Positions 1 to 8,885 of a stretch of 64,000 nt of DNA are shown piece by piece. The notes beneath the pieces are model-generated. The model did not search any database. It was not told the origin of the DNA and saw only the letters and a program-made list of their open reading frames with translations. Source of the stretch: a virus (Duplodnaviria; Heunggongvirae; Uroviricota; Caudoviricetes); the IMG/VR virus record IMGVR_UViG_3300028887_000068, positions 160,001-224,000 of that record, one strand, 5' to 3'. Every line of letters starts with the position of its first letter. Positions within the stretch are counted from its first letter, which is position 1. The position numbers and the translations under genes are program-made.

Positions 1-1
1 T

Positions 2-415
2 ACAGACAGAGCCAACAAGTATCTTGGAGAAAATCCCGACTGGGATAGTTTCTACAAAGCTTGTGGTAGCGATGCACCGATCAAACCAGTTATCGAACTG
101 GTTGAAACGTTGTCATTCGGCTACAAGGTTGTGTTCTGTTCTGGAAGAAGAGAAAGCTGTCGTACGGACACGGAGGCATGGATAGACAAATATGTCCTTC
201 TGTATGGCAATAACACCAAGCCATTTACGTTCTTGTTCCGCAAGGATGGCGACACGAGACATGATGTCATCGTGAAACCTGAAATGCTTGACAAGTATCT
301 CTCTGAACACCCTGACGAAGAAGTGTTCTGTACCATTGAAGACCGTAATTCAATGGTACAAAAGTGGAGAGAGCTGGGTTATCTCTGTATCCAGCCCGCT
401 GATGGCAACTTCTAA
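2..415 (+). CDS. HAD-family polynucleotide 3'-phosphatase (T4 PseT C-terminal domain-like), 5'-truncated by window edge
   Basis: Frame open from window start (TDRANKYL..DWDSFYKAC..D.PI.PV); motifs FCSGR.E..R..TE.W, FRKDGD.R.D..VK.E, IEDR..V..WR.LG..C.Q.A.GNF typical of phage PNK phosphatase domains. Confidence 0.8.
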   Translation, partial: TDRANKYLGENPDWDSFYKACGSDAPIKPVIELVETLSFGYKVVFCSGRRESCRTDTEAWIDKYVLLYGNNTKPFTFLFRKDGDTRHDVIVKPEMLDKYLSEHPDEEVFCTIEDRNSMVQKWRELGYLCIQPADGNF

Positions 416-421
416 AATTTT

Positions 422-455
422 AGGTCTACCTTCGGGTAGGCCTTTTTCTTTTTTT
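422..455 (+). terminator. intrinsic terminator
   Basis: aggtctacc-ttcg-ggtaggcct hairpin followed by a long T-tract. Confidence 0.85.
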
Positions 456-460
456 GTATA

Positions 461-470
461 GCATATAAAC
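461..470 (+). promoter_or_regulatory. putative early promoter (GCATATAAAC variant of GTATATAAA)
   Basis: Between terminator and RBS of ORF 501; resembles motif at 3087, 22681, 37311, 54959. Confidence 0.45.
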
Positions 471-500
471 CTATAGTGCAACTATCATAAAGGAAACAAT

Positions 501-836
501 ATGCCTAAACACAAAATTATTTGCGAGTTTTGTTTCAGTGACTATGCCCCCATAGACACTAAAATCATCGTCATGAAATTCATGAAACATTTTATGAAGA
601 AGAGAGCAGACGTGGACTTCAAAGGTAAGATAGAACCAGACAAGAAAGAAGGAGTACTAGTCTGTTGTACCAAAGAGAGAATCAAGGGATCCGCAGACTG
701 GAGATCTAGAAATTTTACCTTTGGTGATCTTCAGGAGTTCATTGTTGGTCTCGTCACGAATGATATAGCAACCACACGTGAGATCATTGAAGCATCAACG
801 GAAGTCTGTACCTATACGGAAATAAGAGGCGAATAG
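501..836 (+). CDS. hypothetical protein
   Basis: AAGGAA RBS, ATG, 111 aa ORF. Confidence 0.75.
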   Translation: MPKHKIICEFCFSDYAPIDTKIIVMKFMKHFMKKRADVDFKGKIEPDKKEGVLVCCTKERIKGSADWRSRNFTFGDLQEFIVGLVTNDIATTREIIEASTEVCTYTEIRGE

Positions 837-857
837 ACCATACTCAGGGAGATAAAA

Positions 858-1892
858 ATGGAAATGTCAACATTAGAGCTAGCGCATCTCTTTCACCTTG
901 CACCCATCGGTATTAATTGCAGAATGGGCGATCCTTTCCAACCGACGCAGTGGGAAGGAACCATGCGCAGACTGTTGGAGCTCAACGCTTGCGGTCACGC
1001 TGGCCCGGTGATTCTGGTAACGAAATCAATGATCTATGATGAACAGATCACTTGGCTGAGCCGTTTCACTTCGAATCTTAACCTATTCGTGTTCTTCTCC
1101 ATCACCGGACTCTGGGAGAGGTATAAGCTTGAAGAGAACCTTGACAACTTTAAGAACTTTGCTTCCAAGATCGTCAAGGTTAAACCTATCATGTTTATGC
1201 GTCCTATCATTCCGGGGGTGAACACTAAGAACGGGATTCTTGAACCGATCATTGAGACTGCTAGCCAGTATTCTGCAAAGAAGATTATCTTCTTCCGTAG
1301 CTACAAGCCCAGAGAAGGTAACGAAATGTTTACTACACCGTACCTTGATAAGCTCCAAAATCTCTGTGACAAGTATGGAGCCATCAATGGCGGTGATAGT
1401 AAATGGCTTGCAGAAACATTCAACATCCCGTCACTGAAGAGACTGGAACCTATGGGCGATGATGAAGCTAACAGCTTCATTGAAGCTATGAGATACACCG
1501 ATGTCTTCCGTGCAACTAACGGCGAGATTACTACTATTGCAGAGAATACTCGTTATCTTACACAAGGCGATGCTAACTTCTTCAAGATGTTCACTCGTCT
1601 CAATGTAGAAAATGACGCGATTTTCCGTAAAGTAGCTTACATGACAAGACCTCTGCTCGGCTTCGTTCAAGCTAATGTCGAAAGTAGCTGGCTTGGATGG
1701 GGCGAGAATAAACATTGCGACATCGGTTGTACATACTGTATTGCCAACAACAGCTATGATACAATGATACAAGAATACGGGTATAACTTTGATCTCATTG
1801 TTGATCGTAAGATCAGATATGATCTCATAAGGAATGCCCTCATCAAAGAAAAGAAACCATATCAGGAGACTATAGAATGCAACCAAAATTAA
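858..1892 (+). CDS. radical SAM-like protein (SPL/Rv2578c-like barrel) with C-terminal CxxxCxxC
   Basis: GDPFQP, ILVTKS, FSITGL, MRPIIPGVN motifs; CDIGCTYC at aa 287-294; GGGAG RBS. Confidence 0.7.
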   Translation: MEMSTLELAHLFHLAPIGINCRMGDPFQPTQWEGTMRRLLELNACGHAGPVILVTKSMIYDEQITWLSRFTSNLNLFVFFSITGLWERYKLEENLDNFKNFASKIVKVKPIMFMRPIIPGVNTKNGILEPIIETASQYSAKKIIFFRSYKPREGNEMFTTPYLDKLQNLCDKYGAINGGDSKWLAETFNIPSLKRLEPMGDDEANSFIEAMRYTDVFRATNGEITTIAENTRYLTQGDANFFKMFTRLNVENDAIFRKVAYMTRPLLGFVQANVESSWLGWGENKHCDIGCTYCIANNSYDTMIQEYGYNFDLIVDRKIRYDLIRNALIKEKKPYQETIECNQN

Positions 1893-2257
1893 TGATCATT
1901 TATAACTTCAGCGATGTTGCGTTTCCACTCTGCGGATTCATTGATGAAGACAGACGGAAAATGCTCATCGACATCTTCACCAGACAAAAGACATACGTTA
2001 ATGATAACACGATTAGTTATGAAATCTCTGAGAATTATTTCTGCGAAATGAGCACTAAGGAAGTTCTCGATGCTCTTAACAGACCGTTCGATATCGATGT
2101 CAGTAATATTCCTGCCGAGATCTTGCCATTCGATCCTGCCACTGCTATAGCAGAAAGTGAAGGATGGGTAATCAAGGTTGATGGTCAGGATGACTATAGA
2201 CAAACAACCGTGGAAGAATACAAAGAAATAACAGGGAATGATGATTACTATGTTTAA
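1877..2257 (+). CDS. hypothetical acidic protein
   Basis: AGGAG RBS, overlaps radical SAM stop (coupled). Confidence 0.7.
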   Translation: MQPKLMIIYNFSDVAFPLCGFIDEDRRKMLIDIFTRQKTYVNDNTISYEISENYFCEMSTKEVLDALNRPFDIDVSNIPAEILPFDPATAIAESEGWVIKVDGQDDYRQTTVEEYKEITGNDDYYV

Positions 2258-2546
2258 AACAGTATTTGTAATGTACATTAGTCTTAGTACTGGCGGTATT
2301 AACACAGACCTTCAATTCAAGGATGCTGCCTCTTGCGAAAATGCGAGACACCAGATTGCAGTAACAAGTAGACCACACTTCTCTACGTTTACTTCGTGTG
2401 TTAAGATGGATATCCCGCTTAAGAAGACAAAGTGCAAAATCATTAACAAGACAGACTATTACAACAGCGAAAGCAATCGTTCCTATAGAGCAGTACCGAT
2501 GAACGGATACCCGTATCCTGTTGAAATGATCTGCGAAGAACAATAA
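2250..2546 (+). CDS. hypothetical Cys-containing protein with hydrophobic N-terminus
   Basis: ORF overlapping upstream stop; start 2238 or 2250. Confidence 0.6.
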   Translation: MFKTVFVMYISLSTGGINTDLQFKDAASCENARHQIAVTSRPHFSTFTSCVKMDIPLKKTKCKIINKTDYYNSESNRSYRAVPMNGYPYPVEMICEEQ

Positions 2547-2561
2547 CCGAGGAGACATACA

Positions 2562-2951
2562 ATGACTGAAGAAAAAGACAAAATCGAAGAGATGGGTTCG
2601 GCTGTTAGAACAATTACACGAAGAAGAGTCGAATTTCTTGATGCTCTCAAGAAATATAATTTCTCTATTCGTGGACTCGAACAGCGTATCCTCTCAGTAG
2701 ATGATAGCATAGAGTTTATAGCTACAGGTATCCTTAATAGTATGGCGTCTGTAAGGATTACCAGAACATATAAGGCCAATGAAGTAACACAGCTTATCGA
2801 ATATAAGATCGAAGAAGCTGCCCGTGGTACCTTCGCAGAACAGAAGTGTCTGGATAACCACCTTGACGCGATTTTCGCTCACATTGGGAAATTCAATGCT
2901 CTGTCTATTTATGATCGTAGGCACGACAAGGTAAGACCTAAGAAAGATTAA
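2562..2951 (+). CDS. hypothetical protein
   Basis: GAGGAG RBS, followed by terminator. Confidence 0.7.
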   Translation: MTEEKDKIEEMGSAVRTITRRRVEFLDALKKYNFSIRGLEQRILSVDDSIEFIATGILNSMASVRITRTYKANEVTQLIEYKIEEAARGTFAEQKCLDNHLDAIFAHIGKFNALSIYDRRHDKVRPKKD

Positions 2952-2956
2952 ACAAT

Positions 2957-2985
2957 GGCTAGGGTAAAACCTAGCCTTTTCTTTC
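2957..2985 (+). terminator. intrinsic terminator
   Basis: ggctagg-gtaaaa-cctagcc + TTTTCTTT. Confidence 0.75.
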
Positions 2986-3053
2986 TGGATTAAAACTTTA
3001 TGAGTCTTTAAGAGGAAAAATGCCCAAATGTAGCATAAGAGAATGATGTTAAC

Positions 3054-3083
3054 AACCCAGAGGAAACTCCGGGTTTCTTTTTT
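3054..3083 (+). terminator. intrinsic terminator
   Basis: imperfect aaccc..gag-gaaa-ctc..gggtt hairpin + T-tract. Confidence 0.6.
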
Positions 3084-3086
3084 ATA

Positions 3087-3096
3087 GTATATAAAA
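3087..3096 (+). promoter_or_regulatory. putative early promoter GTATATAAAA
   Basis: After terminator, followed by A-rich leader and AAGGAG of ORF 3133. Confidence 0.55.
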
Positions 3097-3132
3097 AAGA
3101 GAAAAATAAAAACCTAAAAACAAGGAGAGAAA

Positions 3133-3432
3133 ATGAAAAACGCTGAAGAGATTAGGAGAGAAGTCGAAGCAGATAATCTAGACAAAAGAGTTAAGAAAGT
3201 CTGTGATAACATTGAAGAACTGATTTCTGAAACAATGAAGTACTCTTGCTTTAAGAGTATCAAGGTTTCTATAGAACAGGACACCGTCAATGATACTACC
3301 GTTTCTCATGTTATTGACAAACTTCGAGAAGCGGGTTATAGAATCATGGGCGAAGGTACTATCTGGTCTGCCAATACTAAGAAGCAGGCAAACTCGTACA
3401 CTATCTCATGGGACTATGGGATAAAGCATTAA
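3133..3432 (+). CDS. hypothetical early protein
   Basis: AAGGAG RBS, 99 aa. Confidence 0.75.
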   Translation: MKNAEEIRREVEADNLDKRVKKVCDNIEELISETMKYSCFKSIKVSIEQDTVNDTTVSHVIDKLREAGYRIMGEGTIWSANTKKQANSYTISWDYGIKH

Positions 3433-3454
3433 CCTCAACATCAAGGATACACAA

Positions 3455-3859
3455 ATGGAAAAAACCAAAATGAAAGAAGTAAAAGTTACAGCTGACAAGC
3501 AACTGACACCCGAACAGCTTGAACAGGTATTTAAGCAGGGTACCCACATTTTTAAGACTGTCGAAGCCACGATTCAGACAGCTCTTAATGAACACAAGGC
3601 GGAAGTTAATACATTGGCCGACGCTCTCAAGTTTGCTTGGGAGATCATTAAGGAACTCCCGGCTATCTTGGATGATAATCTTCCGTTTTACAAGGCTTTC
3701 ATCAAGCCGCTTAAGCTTGGCAAGGACAGAGAAGGCATGGTCTACTCCTACGTAGGCAATGTCTTCGTTACACCTATCGTCATGGCTACGGTAGACATGT
3801 GGTACAAAGAACTGGAAGCGGAACGTAAAGCACCTAAGACTAAGGAGATTGCTTCCTAA
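3455..3859 (+). CDS. hypothetical protein
   Basis: AAGGA RBS, 134 aa. Confidence 0.75.
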   Translation: MEKTKMKEVKVTADKQLTPEQLEQVFKQGTHIFKTVEATIQTALNEHKAEVNTLADALKFAWEIIKELPAILDDNLPFYKAFIKPLKLGKDREGMVYSYVGNVFVTPIVMATVDMWYKELEAERKAPKTKEIAS

Positions 3860-4032
3860 TGTTGGACAGCAAAGCCATAAGAGAACACAAGAAGATGCGA
3901 CATATCTTTAACTCTTTGAGTAGAAAATTCATTCAAAGCAAGGATTATAGACGCGCGCATCATTCTAAGAAATGGTATAAGGCTTATATTAAAGAAATGA
4001 GCAACGAATTACTGGAGAACCTAGATGGATAA
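3859..4032 (+). CDS. small basic hypothetical protein (57 aa, MLDSKAIREHKK...), absent from ORF track
   Basis: AAGGAG RBS, TAATG stop/start overlap, fills the gap exactly. Confidence 0.65.
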   Translation: MLDSKAIREHKKMRHIFNSLSRKFIQSKDYRRAHHSKKWYKAYIKEMSNELLENLDG

Positions 4033-4312
4033 GCAAAGACACGAGAACAGAAGCCATAAACAGAGACGCTATGTTCTCAATAACATTCTTCGAAGAGAAA
4101 TCAGGAGCAAAAGCTTGCGCAAGTTCTGGAGAAAACATAAGTGGATAGACATCTATCTGCTTTCGTTCCTAGACAAGCACTACTGCTTTGCGGTTACACC
4201 ACACAATCAGTGGGAACAAGCTTATATGTTCTTCCTTGGTATTGCTTCCGAGAGATATGACCTTGAAGGTTATCTTCTTAAGAAACAGGAGAAGGAAGAA
4301 TGGCACTCCTAG
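4025..4312 (+). CDS. hypothetical basic protein
   Basis: GGAG RBS, operon position. Confidence 0.65.
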   Translation: MDKQRHENRSHKQRRYVLNNILRREIRSKSLRKFWRKHKWIDIYLLSFLDKHYCFAVTPHNQWEQAYMFFLGIASERYDLEGYLLKKQEKEEWHS

Positions 4313-4755
4313 CAGATTCCTGTATGAATGCCTACCAACGAAAACATGCGAAGAGACTTGGTGAAATAGAGAAAGACGTCACCGAGATAATCGATAGCCT
4401 TACTTCAAAGCTTCCACAACAGATCATGAAGACCCTTGAAGACTATTGTGATGTCTTCATTAATGATGGAACCATGAAGCTTGTTGTTAAGCTGGTTCCA
4501 GAAGACGAATCAGTGTATCGGTTGACGGCTCCCGTTTCTCGTGGTGACCAGGTTTACAATATTCTGCATCTAATAATTAAAAGCAAGGCATTAAAACAAG
4601 TTATAAATTTCTACGAAAAACAACAAGTGAGCGTGAAATTAAAGAAAGCAATTTTAAGCCTTCTAGAGTCACTTGGCGACAAAGTAGAACTTGGCACGGA
4701 CTGTACTAACCTAGAATTCTCGTACATTGTAAAACTACGAGATCCAGTGAGGTAG
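4300..4755 (+). CDS. hypothetical protein
   Basis: AAGGA RBS, followed by terminator. Confidence 0.7.
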   Translation: MALLADSCMNAYQRKHAKRLGEIEKDVTEIIDSLTSKLPQQIMKTLEDYCDVFINDGTMKLVVKLVPEDESVYRLTAPVSRGDQVYNILHLIIKSKALKQVINFYEKQQVSVKLKKAILSLLESLGDKVELGTDCTNLEFSYIVKLRDPVR

Positions 4756-4770
4756 CATCCTATAAATTAT

Positions 4771-4801
4771 TAAGCCCACTAACACTGGGCTTTTATTTTT
4801 T
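4771..4801 (+). terminator. intrinsic terminator
   Basis: aagccca..tgggctt hairpin + T-tract. Confidence 0.7.
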
Positions 4802-4831
4802 GCTCTGAGAGACACATTAACCAATCTAAAG

Positions 4832-4844
4832 AACTAGAAAATGG
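4832..4844 (+). promoter_or_regulatory. AACT-class phage promoter (AACTagaaAATGG) upstream of recombinase
   Basis: Matches recurring motif; between terminator and gene. Confidence 0.55.
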
Positions 4845-4930
4845 CCGAAGTACTGCGTCATCGACGTATTGCGGACAGCTACAGTTCACTTACTCAACAA
4901 TCAACAAACATCTAACTAACAGAGGTTACT

Positions 4931-6187
4931 ATGTCTCTTATGTCCAAATTCCGTGAAAAGACTATGGGTGCTCAGCGCAAGGGTGAGTATTTCAAGGATC
5001 ATGCCATCCCGACTGGCTTCACGCTCATCGACCTTGCTAACGGTTGTATCGATCAGGAAAATAACTGCTTTGAAGCAGGTCTTCGTACTGGTCGTATCTT
5101 CTCCGTTTGCGGGTTCTCCGGTTCTGGTAAGTCTACGCTTATTGCGCAGCTCACATTCCCGATGGCGAAGCAATTCGAGAATGCTGACGTCTTCTGGTTC
5201 GACGCTGAAAAGGCTGCTAACGGTAAGTCCCGCTTCATTCAGCTTTACTGCGGTCATGACAAAAATCCGGAATTGCTCCAAAAGTTCTACGAACAGGTTC
5301 GCATAGAAAGTGAAAACACTTATCTTGACAACCTTGCTGAGTTCATCAAGGAAACGCACGATTTCAAAATGCAGCATCTTGAAGAACTCACCGAAGAAAT
5401 TGTGGGCTACGACGGCAAGAAACATCAGGTTCTTGCTCCGACAATTATTGCGGTTGACTCGTTGGCTGCTACATTCTCCAAGTCTTCTTCTTCCAAGGCT
5501 GAGGATGACGGCGAATTGTCGAATAAGACAGCTGGCGCACAGCAAGCCATTGAAAACAATGACTTCATGCACAAGTCTCTGAACATGCTCTATTCTGCGA
5601 ATATCATGATCGGGCTTGTATCTCACTTGAACACAAAACCCACTATGGGTACACCTGAAGTTTCTAAGATCCCGTTCCTCCCGCCTAACGAAAATATCAA
5701 GGGTGGTTCCGGCCCGGTGTTCGATGCCGACTTCAGTGCCAAAATCTTTAAAGGAACAATTCTCCATGCGGAAAAGGACTATGGCTTCGACGGTTTCGTC
5801 AACTATATCCAGATTTTGAAATCGCGCTCTAATGTGGCTGGTCGCAAGTACCCGTTGGTATTTGACAGTACACACGGTGGTGTCTATGATAATCTCTTGT
5901 CTAACGTACAGTTCTTGTATGAAACAGGCGATATTAAAGCTGCTGGCCCGTACAGCGTGTTGAACTCTCTGCCTAGCGTCAAGTTCACTAAGAAGACGGT
6001 TCGTGAAGTGGTTGCACAACACCCGGAACTCGGTGATGCTATTGAAGCAAAGGTTATTGAGATCATGACTGGCAAGATGTACCATTGCCCGATTGTCACA
6101 ACGGATTCTACTGTCTCTGTTGAAGAAGCACAGAAGATCCAAGCGGAAATGGGCACAAAGGTTACGAACGCTGCTGAAGCTAAGTAA
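4931..6187 (+). CDS. uvsX: RecA/UvsX-like recombinase
   Basis: IPTGF..IDLA.G, Walker A GFSGSGKST, FDAEKA, IIAVDSLAA, IKGG motifs. Confidence 0.85.
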   Translation: MSLMSKFREKTMGAQRKGEYFKDHAIPTGFTLIDLANGCIDQENNCFEAGLRTGRIFSVCGFSGSGKSTLIAQLTFPMAKQFENADVFWFDAEKAANGKSRFIQLYCGHDKNPELLQKFYEQVRIESENTYLDNLAEFIKETHDFKMQHLEELTEEIVGYDGKKHQVLAPTIIAVDSLAATFSKSSSSKAEDDGELSNKTAGAQQAIENNDFMHKSLNMLYSANIMIGLVSHLNTKPTMGTPEVSKIPFLPPNENIKGGSGPVFDADFSAKIFKGTILHAEKDYGFDGFVNYIQILKSRSNVAGRKYPLVFDSTHGGVYDNLLSNVQFLYETGDIKAAGPYSVLNSLPSVKFTKKTVREVVAQHPELGDAIEAKVIEIMTGKMYHCPIVTTDSTVSVEEAQKIQAEMGTKVTNAAEAK

Positions 6188-6193
6188 ATTAAA

Positions 6194-6226
6194 TAGAGTA
6201 TCCCCTTGAGGGATACTCTATATTTT
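6194..6226. terminator. bidirectional terminator
   Basis: tagagtatccc-cttga-gggatactcta between convergent genes. Confidence 0.8.
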
Positions 6227-6785
6227 AAGAGCGTGTAATGCACAAGGCAATGGCGGTCTTAGAAGACACAGAAAACTTATCTGTATCAAGATTCAACTTA
6301 GTGGCTAGTCTTGAAATGAAAGACAGCTCCCGACCATAGATACGCTTGTACAGAGTCTTTGATTCTACAAGCTTACAAAGATAGTCAAATACTTTCCATA
6401 AACTTTTTTCATCTGGTTCTCTACTGATTATAAGGTCTTTTGATCGGTTAAGTTTTTCGCTAAGATACTGTTCCAAGTTCTCAGCTTTCTTGATGTACAA
6501 TTCTCTGCTTATAGCTCTAGCGAGGAGCTTGTGATCCATATCGCGGATATCTTCAAAGAAGAAACCTTCTTGACCAAGGATGTTAGCCGTAGCCATAAGG
6601 CTCTTCTCTTCGAGACCCTGCTTGATGGTATGAACGCGTTCGTTGATCTTCTTTAGTATCGTTTCATTATCAGAAGATACAGCGAGGCGTTCACCATAAT
6701 CAAACCACTTCGAGAGAGCTTTAGCAAAGATTGCGCCAGCTTTTTCTGTGTCTCCGTACGCATATACTTTTTCAGGTGTATACAT
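6225..6785 (-). CDS. hypothetical protein (last gene of late operon)
   Basis: AGGAG RBS, 186 aa. Confidence 0.75.
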   Translation of the reverse strand: MYTPEKVYAYGDTEKAGAIFAKALSKWFDYGERLAVSSDNETILKKINERVHTIKQGLEEKSLMATANILGQEGFFFEDIRDMDHKLLARAISRELYIKKAENLEQYLSEKLNRSKDLIISREPDEKSLWKVFDYLCKLVESKTLYKRIYGRELSFISRLATKLNLDTDKFSVSSKTAIALCITRS

Positions 6786-6802
6786 AGGAGACTCCTAGGG
6801 GA

Positions 6803-7441
6803 TTACTTCTTGCCGTTAGCGAGAGCGTTGTAGCGGGATTTAGCCATCTTCAACACTTGCTCCATACCGGGGAGAAGCTGTTTAGTTTTGTTACGGATAC
6901 GGTCAAGATTGTCATAGCGGTCGCTAACTACGAGTCCGCCGCCAATGAGACCGATGAGACCGAAACCGACACCCATAAAGGCGAGCCACTGGAAGGAGAG
7001 CAACCATCTGAAGAAAGCTTCAAACGTGAGTCTGCCTTCGACAAAGTCCTTCATCTTACGAATATCATTTTCGATCTGGTCGATGAGAGCATTGACTTCA
7101 AGAGAAGTCGAAGCTGTCTTGATCTCATCACGGTAGTAGTCGATCATCTTAGTACGGTCGGAGTTGAGGTACTTGTCGATGAAACCATTAACACGGGCAT
7201 CTGCACCTTCCTTAGCAGGGAGCATGCTCATGATGGTATCATAACGATCTTGAACTTCCATGAGAGTTTCGGCAGCAGTCTTAGCATCGAGTTCATCGAG
7301 CAAGATCTCTTCATCGTTGTTAAAGTTAGCTGCAAGGAACTTGCGTTTCTTTTCGAAAGCGTCAGCAACAACGCCTTCGTTAGCGGTGATGAAAGCAGCA
7401 AAGTCTGCCTTAGAAGCACAAACGGGATTGAGTTTCTGCAT
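6803..7441 (-). CDS. helical protein with hydrophobic membrane segment, paralog of 7453-8145; probable virion protein
   Basis: AAGGAG RBS; WLAFMGVGFGLIGLIGGGLVV segment; clear alignment to neighbour. Confidence 0.75.
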   Translation of the reverse strand: MQKLNPVCASKADFAAFITANEGVVADAFEKKRKFLAANFNNDEEILLDELDAKTAAETLMEVQDRYDTIMSMLPAKEGADARVNGFIDKYLNSDRTKMIDYYRDEIKTASTSLEVNALIDQIENDIRKMKDFVEGRLTFEAFFRWLLSFQWLAFMGVGFGLIGLIGGGLVVSDRYDNLDRIRNKTKQLLPGMEQVLKMAKSRYNALANGKK

Positions 7442-7452
7442 ACTTGTTCTCC

Positions 7453-8145
7453 TTATTCATCATCGTCGTCGTCATTGTCAGCACTGGAATCACCGCGATA
7501 GTTTGCGGAGTTCTTCACCTTGCCATACATCATGTCTTTCTGTTTCTTCTTAGCCTTACGGAAAACATCGTACATGACGGGCATGAGACGCTGAGTCTTT
7601 TGACGGATCTTTTCAACTTTGTGGTACTGGGTAGCGATAAGCACGATCGCAGCCGGAGCGCACATAACCGAGATACCGATGGCAATCCAGAGGGCTTTCC
7701 AAGACACCATGAAGCGAACGAAGGAAGCGAAAGTCATTTCGCCATCAACGAAGTCTTCCATGTGTTCAATATCATCAGCGATGTCATCAACGAGCTTGTC
7801 GATGCGGTCTTGCGTAGTAGCAAGTTCAACCTGCTGTGCGTACCATGCAACCATCTTAGAACGGTCACTGTACAAGTACTTATCAATGATGCCGTTAGCC
7901 TTGGCATCAACAGCCTCTTGAGCCGGAACAGCACTCCAGAGTTTGTCCATTTGAGCTTGGACTTCTTCGAGAGCCTGAACAGCAGCTGTAGAGTCGATAG
8001 AGTCGAGAGTTACAGAGAGACCCTTATTCTCGGAAGCAAGAGCCGTTGCGCTTTTAATAATATCTGCAATCTTGCCTTCGCCAGTTTGCAGATACATCTT
8101 GAAATCATCAACGGTAGCTCCAAGGGGCTTCAAAATTCTGCTCAT
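7453..8145 (-). CDS. helical protein with hydrophobic membrane segment, paralog of 6803-7441
   Basis: AAGGAG RBS before ATG 8145; ALWIAIGISVMCAPAAIVLIA; acidic tail. Confidence 0.75.
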   Translation of the reverse strand: MSRILKPLGATVDDFKMYLQTGEGKIADIIKSATALASENKGLSVTLDSIDSTAAVQALEEVQAQMDKLWSAVPAQEAVDAKANGIIDKYLYSDRSKMVAWYAQQVELATTQDRIDKLVDDIADDIEHMEDFVDGEMTFASFVRFMVSWKALWIAIGISVMCAPAAIVLIATQYHKVEKIRQKTQRLMPVMYDVFRKAKKKQKDMMYGKVKNSANYRGDSSADNDDDDDE

Positions 8146-8164
8146 TAGAGATATCTCCTTAATG

Positions 8165-8542
8165 TTAACATTCGCAGGAGGATTGCTCACCCGGGCCACG
8201 AGTAATATCTTTGAAAACTTTACAGCACGTTCCGTCCTTGTTGACGAAATAAATCAGACCAGCGATATCCGTAGAATCATGGAATGTTCCTGCGGTAACT
8301 GGGATCTTTGTTCGATCGAAATGTTTGGGAAATGAAAGAGCCTTACAGCCCTTTCGCCGAAGAAGAAATGCACCAAAGCAGTTCAGTTCTCGCTCAGTCA
8401 GACGAATCACACCTCTATATGGAAAGCTCCCTACGATTTGTCTTTTTCGTCTTTCCCAGTATCTAGTCTCAATATCCGCAATGGATCCAGACTGTGCTGT
8501 AGAAGTGCTAGCACTCAAAGAATTCTTGCATCCACAAGCCAT
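8165..8542 (-). CDS. Cys-rich hypothetical late protein (MACGCK...SSCEC)
   Basis: GAGG RBS and AACT-N4-AATGA promoter directly upstream of ATG 8542. Confidence 0.7.
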   Translation of the reverse strand: MACGCKNSLSASTSTAQSGSIADIETRYWERRKRQIVGSFPYRGVIRLTERELNCFGAFLLRRKGCKALSFPKHFDRTKIPVTAGTFHDSTDIAGLIYFVNKDGTCCKVFKDITRGPGEQSSCEC

Positions 8543-8556
8543 AGCAAACCTCTTGT

Positions 8557-8590
8557 TCATTATAGAGTTATCCATCGAACTTATGATTGC
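8557..8590. promoter_or_regulatory. divergent AACT-class promoter pair
   Basis: AACTctatAATGA (-, 8557-8569) and AACTtatgATTGC (+, 8578-8590), 8 bp apart. Confidence 0.75.
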
Positions 8591-8627
8591 GGAGAAAGCA
8601 AAGTTGCAAATTCGCAAAGGAGACAAC

Positions 8628-8885
8628 ATGTTTATGCGATTGTTAGATCTAGTGAGAGAGACTAGAGCAGCACTAGTGCAGAAGAGAGTTTACGCCCGTA
8701 TGGAGAGACATGGGTTGTCTGCAACCGTTCTCGTGTGGGAACTTGATGGAGACAAGAGACTGAAGTTTGTAGGCGAGTCCACAGTGGACGCTGAAACAGT
8801 CTGTACAAAGAAAGAAATTGAAGAAAAAGCAAAGTTGATACTCGAAGAAAAGCATATTCATGAATACAAGCTTGAGGTGTTCTAA
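8628..8885 (+). CDS. hypothetical protein coupled to DNA polymerase
   Basis: AAGGAG RBS before ATG 8628; TAATG overlap with polymerase. Confidence 0.7.
   Translation: MFMRLLDLVRETRAALVQKRVYARMERHGLSATVLVWELDGDKRLKFVGESTVDAETVCTKKEIEEKAKLILEEKHIHEYKLEVF

Noticed and set aside
4916-6142. 408-aa antisense ORF opposite the recombinase (similar cases at 13051-14436, 48267-49583, 56130-56966, 62045-62947)
   Set aside because: Same codon-bias shadow effect
8325-8627. Upstream extension of the + strand ORF, or a possible ncRNA gap
   Set aside because: Region is occupied by the minus-strand gene 8165-8542 with promoter and RBS; the + gene has a strong RBS at ATG 8628
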